Positions 35,910 through 42,254 of a DNA stretch of 42,254 nt are shown in pieces (position 1 is the first letter of the stretch; each line of letters begins with the position of its first letter). Under the pieces are notes generated by a model. It did not search any database. It worked only from the letters and a program-made list of their open reading frames with translations, and had not been told where the DNA came from. A program made the translations under genes and the position numbers. The stretch lies in IMG/VR virus record IMGVR_UViG_3300023174_000305, positions 1 through 42,254 of that record, one strand, 5' to 3'. This DNA comes from a virus. Taxonomy: Duplodnaviria > Caudoviricetes.

Positions 35910-36070
35910 TTCTGCCTTATATTAGTGGGGAGAACCGTAGATTCCACGCCCCCCGTCCGTGGTGAGAGAAGAGACAAACCAGACCTTCCGTCTACTGGTA
36001 AGCTTGTCTCGACAGGGCTACGTCAGATCTACGAGCCTAGTTCCCCGCCTGAAATGCAACCAGTGGAAGA

Positions 36071-36099
36071 ATAGTAACATGGTCGATACGAACGCGCAA
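36071..36099 (-). promoter_or_regulatory. sigma70-type promoter for the leftward recombination operon
   Basis: Minus strand TTGCGC-N17-TACTAT with an extended -10 TG. Confidence 0.55.
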
Positions 36100-36456
36100 G
36101 CACTTTCACAAATATTTTTCACAATTTTTGGTGAACCCGCGTCGAAGGCAAACAGTAGGCGGCTTGTGACGCGGGGAGGCAAGCCGATGTTCATCAAAAG
36201 TGAGAAGGCGCTGGACTACGCGGAAAAGTTTAAACTTCAGGCCCCGGAGACAGTCCCGATGGAATGCGACGTAAAAGTGACGATGACTATCTACTACGCC
36301 AGCCGGAGGCCGGACCTTGACGAGTCACTGGTGCTAGACCTGCTGCAAGGGGTCGCATATTTAAACGATAGGCAGGTCAAGGAAAAGCACATCCGTTGGG
36401 CGTTGGACAAGGAACTGCCCCGTTGTGAGATTATGGTTACCCCGTGGTCAGGTTGA
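36079..36456 (+). CDS. rusA: RusA Holliday junction resolvase
   Basis: GEPASKANSRR and RRPDLD...DLLQG...NDRQV catalytic motifs; start uncertain. Confidence 0.85.
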   Translation: MVDTNAQALSQIFFTIFGEPASKANSRRLVTRGGKPMFIKSEKALDYAEKFKLQAPETVPMECDVKVTMTIYYASRRPDLDESLVLDLLQGVAYLNDRQVKEKHIRWALDKELPRCEIMVTPWSG

Positions 36457-36501
36457 TCGCTTATACTTGCGTCATTGTCTCCTCCTAGGGCGAAAGCTCT
36501 T

Positions 36502-36527
36502 AGGCCCCTTTCGAGGGGCTTTTTTTT
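36502..36527 (+). terminator. Rho-independent terminator
   Basis: AGGCCCCT-TTCG-AGGGGCTT followed by a T tract. Confidence 0.85.
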
Positions 36528-36530
36528 CGC

Positions 36531-36559
36531 TTGACAAATGCTTTGCCCCTCGGTATGAT
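36531..36559 (+). promoter_or_regulatory. near-consensus sigma70 promoter
   Basis: TTGACA-N17-TATGAT. Confidence 0.85.
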
Positions 36560-36587
36560 CGTTCGTATTGAGCGTGGTAGCTCTAAG

Positions 36588-36668
36588 AATCGCTAAGTAA
36601 GGCCCTGCCCCGCAAGGGGGGTATCCACAAGATATCTACCACCGGGGTCTTTCTTAGCGATTTTTTTT
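36588..36668 (+). ncRNA. C4-like antisense RNA (multibranch hairpin)
   Basis: Outer stem AATCGCTAAG/CTTAGCGATT; inner stem AAGGCCCTG/CGGGGTCTT; CCCC-GCAA-GGGG hairpin; GGTATC-CACAA-GATATC hairpin; CTACCAC complementary to upstream GTGGTAG; T tract. Confidence 0.6.
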
Positions 36669-36693
36669 GCCCCGCTCAGTCGTACCTTCCGCG

Positions 36694-36918
36694 TTAGCAA
36701 TTGCACCTGCATGGGTGGCTGAAGAGAAAACACCGGACCGTCGCCACACCTCGACGAGTTTCGCGTAGCCTGTGCGCGAGGGACTACAACAGATGCTCAG
36801 AACAGGGTGGTATACCACTGGGCGTTGAATGAATCGCGTCGTCAAGCGTGCGCTGGTGAGCTTCCATGAGCAAGCTCGCGGGCGGGTACTCAGACCACCT
36901 TGGGAGAGCTTTGCCTAA
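36694..36918 (+). ncRNA. candidate structured non-coding RNA
   Basis: Nested stems with G-U pairs (listed in findings); no credible ORF. Confidence 0.5.
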
Positions 36919-36942
36919 AATATTTAAACGCAGATGATCACG

Positions 36943-36971
36943 TTGCACTATACAAAGACTAACGATACGAT
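36943..36971 (+). promoter_or_regulatory. sigma70-type promoter for the HNH / primase-helicase genes
   Basis: TTGCAC-N17-TACGAT, then GGAGG RBS. Confidence 0.6.
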
Positions 36972-36989
36972 GAGCCTATGGAGGGCGTT

Positions 36990-37214
36990 ATGGCTAGAGA
37001 CTGGAAGCGTGAGTATCAGACCCAGCTTGAGCGTGGGGATGATCAAGGGCAGATCGAGCGTCAAAGAGCGCGACGAGCATTGGACAAGAAGGGTGTAGCT
37101 CGCAAGGGTTTAAACATCGACCACATCAAACCGATTTCGCAGGGGGGGTTGTCCACTCCCGGCAACCTGCGACTCCGATCACCAAAGGCAAATAAATCTG
37201 ACAATAAAAAATGA
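36990..37214 (+). CDS. small HNH endonuclease-like protein
   Basis: DHIKPISQGG...NLRL...AN motif; GGAGG 5 nt before ATG36990. Confidence 0.8.
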   Translation: MARDWKREYQTQLERGDDQGQIERQRARRALDKKGVARKGLNIDHIKPISQGGLSTPGNLRLRSPKANKSDNKK

Positions 37215-38887
37215 GAGCAGTCGAAACCTATGTTTCGTCGCTTCATGTGGACAGTCACGCCCGTGTGACCTGCCCTAGTTGTACAGACGAACGCAAGAAA
37301 AGAGACAAGGACTTAGTGATTCAGCGTAGGGCTGATGCATGGGTCTTTTTCTGTCACCACTGCAACATCACGGGCAACGTCCCATTTAAACAAAGGTACA
37401 CAATGCAACCACAGTTGAAGGTCGTCACTTCCACCTATGATCTCGCCACCGAGCATTTTGAGTTTCTTGCCACGCGGGGCATCAGCAGGGCAACCGCAGA
37501 AGCAGCCAAGTTGTTCCCAGCAGAGAAGTTCTTCAAACGTTTAAACAAGGTAGGCAAGGCTATCGGGTTTCCGTACACCAAGGATGGCAAGTTCATCTCA
37601 GCCAAGTACAGGTGTATTGAAACCAAGGACTTCACTCAGGACGAGGGTGGCAGTCAGGAGTTCTTTGGCATCGACTCGATTGATGTTACCAAGCCGGTAA
37701 TCATTGTGGAGGGAGAAATCGACGCCTTGACGCTACTTGAGTGTGGTGTTGAGAATGTTCTTTCGGTTCCCGCTGGTGCGCCAATGAAGGTGAAGGACGG
37801 GAAGATTGACGCATCGGAAGATCGGAAGTTTGCGTTTGTATGGAACGCTTTTGATGTTCTGTCGAAGGTTCCTTATGTTGTGCTGGCAGTTGATACTGAT
37901 ACTGCGGGCCAAGCACTTGCTGAAGAACTAGCCCGCAGGATTGGAAAGGACAAGTGTCGCCTCACCTCGCATGAGTTCAAGGATTTAAACGAGGCATTCC
38001 TTGCAGAAGGTAAGGAGAAGGTTCTACATGTTTTGCAGAATGCGACCGCCTACCCCGTAGCTGGGTTGAGCGAGGCTTCCAAGTATGAGGAGCGTTTAAA
38101 CGATCTGTGGGCCAAGGGTAACGGCAAGGGGTCGAGCACTGGCTACAAGAACGTGGACCAGATTTACACCATCGCGCAGGGTCAGTTAAGCATCATCACG
38201 GGTTACCCCAGTTCGGGTAAGTCAAACTTCGTGGATCAAATGATGGTGAACCTAGCCAAAACCGAGGATTGGAAGTTCGCCGTTTGTAGCTTTGAGAACC
38301 AGCCGGAGATCCACATTAGCCGGTTCATGGAGATCTACAAGGAGAAGCGGTTCCTTGATGGCACGAACAGGATGACGGATGAGGACCGGGCATCAGCGTT
38401 TAAATGGGTCAACGATCACTTTCTGTTTTTGGATTCCGAAGGGGCAGAACCTTCAACGATAGATTCGATTCTGGAGAGGGCGCGGGTAGCGGTGGCACGA
38501 ATCGGCATCAGAGGATTGGTGATTGATCCGTATAACTATATTGACAACAACAAAGGACAGGCAGAAACAGAATTCATTTCGCATATGCTTACGCGAATCC
38601 AAGCATTTGCTAAAGCATACGGGGTGCATGTGTTCTTTGTAGCGCATCCATCCAAGATTAGCCGTAGCGGAATGGACTTGCCTAGACCAGATGGTATGGC
38701 TATCAGCGGCTCGATGGCATGGTGGGCAAAAGCAGATTGTGGAGTCACCATCCATCGAGGAGAGGGCAACGAGGTTGAGGTCGCGGTTTGGAAATGCCGG
38801 TATCGGTGGGTCGGGCATCAGGGAGAAACTACCCTGAGATACGATAAGGTCACCGGAACGTACTGGCACAAGGAAGACGCCTTCTAA
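37211..38887 (+). CDS. T7 gp4 / Twinkle-like DNA primase-helicase
   Basis: Zn finger CPSC...CHHC; TOPRIM VEGEIDAL and DTD; Walker A GYPSSGKS; SF4 motifs IDPYN, VAHP and ISGS. Confidence 0.92.
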   Translation: MRAVETYVSSLHVDSHARVTCPSCTDERKKRDKDLVIQRRADAWVFFCHHCNITGNVPFKQRYTMQPQLKVVTSTYDLATEHFEFLATRGISRATAEAAKLFPAEKFFKRLNKVGKAIGFPYTKDGKFISAKYRCIETKDFTQDEGGSQEFFGIDSIDVTKPVIIVEGEIDALTLLECGVENVLSVPAGAPMKVKDGKIDASEDRKFAFVWNAFDVLSKVPYVVLAVDTDTAGQALAEELARRIGKDKCRLTSHEFKDLNEAFLAEGKEKVLHVLQNATAYPVAGLSEASKYEERLNDLWAKGNGKGSSTGYKNVDQIYTIAQGQLSIITGYPSSGKSNFVDQMMVNLAKTEDWKFAVCSFENQPEIHISRFMEIYKEKRFLDGTNRMTDEDRASAFKWVNDHFLFLDSEGAEPSTIDSILERARVAVARIGIRGLVIDPYNYIDNNKGQAETEFISHMLTRIQAFAKAYGVHVFFVAHPSKISRSGMDLPRPDGMAISGSMAWWAKADCGVTIHRGEGNEVEVAVWKCRYRWVGHQGETTLRYDKVTGTYWHKEDAF

Positions 38888-38913
38888 CGCATCCCCACGA
38901 TTCCCCACGACAT

Positions 38914-38939
38914 ACCCCACGAAATGTGGGGTTTTTTTT
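38914..38939 (+). terminator. Rho-independent terminator after the primase-helicase
   Basis: ACCCCAC-GAAAT-GTGGGGT followed by a T tract. Confidence 0.8.
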
Positions 38940-39291
38940 AACCTATCGCGGCGACGTGTTAAAAAGCGGCAGTAAATATTAACGCATGTTTAAACGCATC
39001 CCCACGATACTTGGCGCGGCAACGGTGGGGCGCCCCAGCCATGCCCCAGTTCGCCACCAGTTCGCCGTTTAAACACCGCAACACGGCGGAAGCAGCGACG
39101 GCGGAAAAAAAGCTGGGTTAAGGAAAAAGCTGGGTTAAGAGATGTTTAAACGCATCCCCACGATTCGCACGGTGAATCGCATCTCCACGAAATATGGCGG
39201 AGCGTTTGCATCCCCACGACACTTAGTGCATCCCCACGACATAAGCGCGGTGGGTGGGTTACAACGAATGGGTGGGTGGGTTTAAACGGGC

Positions 39292-39300
39292 TGTGGATAA
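39292..39300 (-). promoter_or_regulatory. consensus DnaA box
   Basis: TGTGGATAA, which reads TTATCCACA on the minus strand, inside the non-coding repeat block. Confidence 0.5.
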
Positions 39301-39379
39301 CTTTAGGCTCACGGCATGAGCCACGTTTAAACATGGGCGCATACGCAATGCCGTCCGGCGTCCGACGCAAAATTTAAAC

Positions 39380-39404
39380 AAAAAAAACCCGGCAATTAGC
39401 CGGG
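39380..39404 (-). terminator. Rho-independent terminator for the leftward module (possibly bidirectional)
   Basis: CCCGGC-AATTA-GCCGGG flanked by A8 on the left and CTTTTCTTT on the right. Confidence 0.8.
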
Positions 39405-39429
39405 CTTTTCTTTAATAGAAAAACTAGTG

Positions 39430-39654
39430 TCAGTCGGACAATCGGGATAACATAAAGTCTATCGCGCTGGATTCAAACGAATCAGAATCCAACGGAATAG
39501 ATTCCCATGTCCATCGAAATTGGGGCAATTGGTTTCTGCCCCGTTTAATGATTGCATTGGCCCGATGCATGTCAGTAGTGGCAAACCGATGCAATGCATC
39601 GGATTCATCGCTAATCGGATCGGCCGTAATAATATAAACGTATTGCATGGGCAA
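39430..39654 (-). CDS. hypothetical protein
   Basis: GAGGA RBS; ends just before the terminator. Confidence 0.65.
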   Translation of the reverse strand: MPMQYVYIITADPISDESDALHRFATTDMHRANAIIKRGRNQLPQFRWTWESIPLDSDSFESSAIDFMLSRLSD

Positions 39655-39657
39655 TCC

Positions 39658-40002
39658 TCAATAGTTATAGGACGTTTTAATTTCAACGATATATTCCCGT
39701 TTTGAAATGCGCCTAGCAAATGCATTAGTGAATGCGCACCCGCAACAATCCCATTCGTGCCTGCAATTAGATCCGCTAAAGTATGAGCCAATTGCGATTG
39801 ATAGATCATTGTTTGCCAATGATCTAGGCGCGATAATTCTATGGCGATAAATACCGCCATCATCAAAATCGCTTGATTCCTTTATGCGTTTGCCGCCGAG
39901 CATTTTAACGTCGCCCACATAAACTTCGTCATCTAATTCGCGATATGCATCGCGATATTTAAACGTCGTGCGCTGATATAAGTTAATTATATGCACGATC
40001 AA
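39658..40002 (-). CDS. hypothetical protein with CRHEWDCCGC motif
   Basis: 114 aa with a Cys/His metal-binding-like motif; start uncertain. Confidence 0.7.
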   Translation of the reverse strand: MIVHIINLYQRTTFKYRDAYRELDDEVYVGDVKMLGGKRIKESSDFDDGGIYRHRIIAPRSLANNDLSIAIGSYFSGSNCRHEWDCCGCAFTNAFARRISKREYIVEIKTSYNY

Positions 40003-40805
40003 CCCTTGTTTACGGTTTCTAATAGTTTGCTGAATGTGCTAGAACCCAATTGACCAATTCGGGTAACATTCACCGAATTGCTAAACGAATGATGAATGTC
40101 CTGAGCGTTTATGCCAATGCCGACTAATTTAACGCCATGCTTTTTGGCAATGGATTCAACGTAACGCATATGCTCCACATTGAAACCCGCGCTATCGGTC
40201 AATACGAAAAGAATGCGTTTCTGTTCTTTTCTGGCAAGTAATGATTGCAAACCCAGATATACCGCCGAATAGTCCGGGGTACTATCATCGGCCATCATAT
40301 GCATCAAACCAAGTTTAGGGGCTGATTGTTGCAATGATTCACCCCATTCTTTAAACGGAATCAAATTTACTTTTTCTTTTCGCATGCAAGTAGATTCACT
40401 CAATGGATTAGAATCTAGATATTCCAGTCTATCCTCACCATTGAATCCGGTAATCGCCCATGCGCAATTGGTGCGAGCGAATATTTTAGCCAATTGAATC
40501 GAAACCGATTGCGCCATTCTGATATCGCGACCATGCATTGAACCCGAACAATCAACCATTAAATGCACCGCCGTTTTAATTGCGGGTTTATATGCGCGGG
40601 TTTTAAAGATATCGGGCGATCCGTTTGCCATTCGGGTTAATGCTCGCAAATCAACCCGCCCGGATTCTTTATGGGTATTCCAACCAATATTGTCGACCGA
40701 TTGCAATAAACGCAATAGGTTAGCGGTAGTCGCTCCCATGTTGCTAATTGGGGTATTGTATTCACGTGAATACGTATATTGTCCCTGAGACTTATCGGCA
40801 TGCAT
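39999..40805 (-). CDS. vWA (MIDAS) domain protein, CobT C-terminal-like
   Basis: SGRVDLRAL, MVDCSGSM (DxSxS), STPDY, ILFVLTDS and LVGIGI motifs. Confidence 0.85.
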   Translation of the reverse strand: MHADKSQGQYTYSREYNTPISNMGATTANLLRLLQSVDNIGWNTHKESGRVDLRALTRMANGSPDIFKTRAYKPAIKTAVHLMVDCSGSMHGRDIRMAQSVSIQLAKIFARTNCAWAITGFNGEDRLEYLDSNPLSESTCMRKEKVNLIPFKEWGESLQQSAPKLGLMHMMADDSTPDYSAVYLGLQSLLARKEQKRILFVLTDSAGFNVEHMRYVESIAKKHGVKLVGIGINAQDIHHSFSNSVNVTRIGQLGSSTFSKLLETVNKG

Positions 40806-40808
40806 AAT

Positions 40809-41777
40809 TTAAACCCATTCAAATTTGACGATTGACGGTTTGCCAATTGCTGGCAATGGATTACTTGCATTAATAGAATGAGAATGCTTTCCTAATTCAT
40901 TCTCAATAAAACCCGTAGGTTCTGGGTTTCTACCCTTGAATTTACCGCTACCCGGATGATTGCCCGGACCGTCGCTATCGCTAGGACCATCGCTAGGACC
41001 ATCGCTATCGCCCATAGGACCGTCGCTAGGCGCATCGCTAGGGTTCTCAGTACCCTTACCCTTACCCGGACCATTCGGACCGTTAGGCGCGTCGCTATCG
41101 GGTTGATCGGGTTGATCGGGTTGATCGGGTTGATCGGGTTGATTAGCCAATGCATTAAACAATTCAATTGCAACATCTACAATGCCGAAGGTATCAGTGC
41201 ATTTATTGGCATCGGCCAATGCTTTAGCAATTGGTTTGCGCCATGGGCTTTTAGTGACAATTTCAGGGAAGTAAATAGGGTAGCCATTTAAACGTCTACC
41301 CTCAATTGCAAGCATAAATGGAATGTTATTAAAATCATTGGGCTTTACATAACCGTCTTTTAGCAGAATGTTATTGACCAATTCGCTAAACAATGCCATA
41401 GCGTTATTAGCGCGACCCGAATTGATAACTGCTAATTCGATGCGTGGGTCTTCCAATCCATTGATCAATGCATTTAGAAACGGACCATGCGTTACGGCCG
41501 CGTTATTCCATGGCGCATTGTCCGTATACCATGCGTGACCTAATTCGTGAAGGATAAAACCAACGGAATTATTGAATGTCACATTCGACACTTGCGAATT
41601 GTCGTCAATGTTAGGCATTACAATCGTTAGATCAATTGCATTGCGAACCCGCCGAAAGTTAATTGCGGCAGTCTTACCATTCCAAAGGAATTGGAAGTCT
41701 ATAACTTTCATTCCGGAAGCTTTTAAAAACCGTTCAGCGGCAGTTTCAATACCGCGCTTTGCGTCAATTCCCAACAT
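40809..41777 (-). CDS. HExxH metallopeptidase-like protein, CobT N-terminal-like, with acidic repeat linker
   Basis: ILHELGHAWYT and NGLEDPRIE motifs; (QPD)n and (DGPS)n low-complexity tail. Confidence 0.8.
   Translation of the reverse strand: MLGIDAKRGIETAAERFLKASGMKVIDFQFLWNGKTAAINFRRVRNAIDLTIVMPNIDDNSQVSNVTFNNSVGFILHELGHAWYTDNAPWNNAAVTHGPFLNALINGLEDPRIELAVINSGRANNAMALFSELVNNILLKDGYVKPNDFNNIPFMLAIEGRRLNGYPIYFPEIVTKSPWRKPIAKALADANKCTDTFGIVDVAIELFNALANQPDQPDQPDQPDQPDSDAPNGPNGPGKGKGTENPSDAPSDGPMGDSDGPSDGPSDSDGPGNHPGSGKFKGRNPEPTGFIENELGKHSHSINASNPLPAIGKPSIVKFEWV
41098..41141. repeat. 9-bp tandem repeat encoding (QPD)n
   Basis: TCGGGTTGA repeated about 5 times. Confidence 0.85.
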
Positions 41778-41779
41778 GT

Positions 41780-42253
41780 TTAAACTCCCATTGCAGTTTG
41801 AAATTCAGACTCATTAATTTCGGCAACATAGATTGCCATTAATTCCGGCAATGTATCCATTGGATACTTATTGACAACGGAATTATTAAATGCAATTGAT
41901 ACCGGCATGCCCATTTTGCATGCCGATGCCCATGCAAGTAATTGACGAATGCTAGGTGGCTGAGTTAATACGCCATTGCGTGCCTTTTCTCGCGCAACAT
42001 TAGCGAATTGCACAATCTTATCGGTGGCGGTAATTGGCAATCCGGAACGGCCAGCAATTAATGCGGATTCTTTAGCGGCATCCATGTATTCAAAGTTAAG
42101 GGTATATGCAAACCGATCAATGAATGCGGTATTCATTGCGGTGGTGCCAGCAAATAAGTGATTACCGTATCCGTTAGTATTATCAGCGGCAAAAAACGCA
42201 ACATAATCGCCAACGGGAATCTTAATATTAGATTCGGGGAATGTAATTCCACG
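41780..42253 (-). CDS. MoxR/CobS-like AAA+ ATPase, C-terminal part (5'-truncated by the window)
   Basis: The frame stays open to the window end: FFAADNTNGYG...FAGTTAMNTAFIDRF (sensor 1 and Arg finger) and PSIRQL (sensor 2). Confidence 0.85.
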   Translation of the reverse strand, partial: RGITFPESNIKIPVGDYVAFFAADNTNGYGNHLFAGTTAMNTAFIDRFAYTLNFEYMDAAKESALIAGRSGLPITATDKIVQFANVAREKARNGVLTQPPSIRQLLAWASACKMGMPVSIAFNNSVVNKYPMDTLPELMAIYVAEINESEFQTAMGV

Positions 42254-42254
42254 T

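Larger units (their letters stand above)
38889..39332. repeat. non-coding cluster of iteron-like direct repeats (putative replication origin or genome terminus)
   Basis: CCCCACGA x7 plus one CTCCACGA variant, five GTTTAAAC, tandem AAAAAGCTGGGTTAAG, and a DnaA box. Confidence 0.7.

Noticed and set aside
35936-36033. Cloverleaf as a tRNA gene
   Set aside because: It lacks a TTC-containing T loop and a 7-nt anticodon loop, and arm lengths are non-canonical. Kept only as a candidate leader.
36621-36629. GTATCCACA as a second DnaA box
   Set aside because: It has one mismatch and is better explained as part of the C4-like stem-loop.
38889-39239. CCCCACGA repeats as a CRISPR array (CATCCCCACG resembles half of some type I-E repeats)
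   Set aside because: The unit is only 8-12 bp, spacing is irregular (10 to about 156 bp), most copies lack the palindromic second half, and there is no cas operon.
39146-39370. 74-aa minus-strand ORF in the repeat block
   Set aside because: TTG start without an RBS, downstream of a terminator, and built from the DNA repeats.
40806-40811. Genome-wide stop-codon reassignment
   Set aside because: All long genes are intact in the standard code, and TAA, TGA and TAG are used at tightly coupled gene ends. Only this one junction is in frame.

Overview
This window is an internal segment of a tailed dsDNA phage genome with a short-tail (podovirus-like) layout. No host genes, integrase, terminase, portal or capsid gene are visible. 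1-27422 (+) is a late operon: adaptor, several tail-fibre/adhesin genes, a metallophosphoesterase insert, a lysis cassette (GH108 endolysin plus 3-TM holin), a P22 gp10/tail-tube-B-like nozzle, three putative ejection proteins and a 2746-aa polyvalent protein. 27385-35909 (-) holds many small accessory genes plus a Ref-like nuclease, HTH/RHH regulators, an SSB-like protein, an ERF recombinase and a PD-(D/E)XK nuclease. 36079-38887 (+) holds rusA, a structured non-coding block, an HNH gene and a T7 gp4/Twinkle-like primase-helicase. 38890-39430 is a repeat-rich origin-like block between two terminators. 39430-42254 (-) is a MoxR/CobS AAA+ - metallopeptidase - vWA module. Best leads: (1) the giant protein carries five effector-like cassettes (unknown, GNAT, ParB-like, two ART-like), each bounded by an [RK][FY]S[LI]R-type motif and lying just after an HExxH protease, suggesting an injected, self-processing, shufflable polyprotein; (2) strong frame-independent enrichment of the palindrome GTTTAAAC (at least 26 copies counted by eye); (3) a C4-like RNA followed by a ~230-nt multi-stem RNA upstream of the primase-helicase; (4) an origin-like block with iteron-like repeats, a G-quadruplex motif and a DnaA box. 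All family calls come from motif recognition by eye; no database searches were run.
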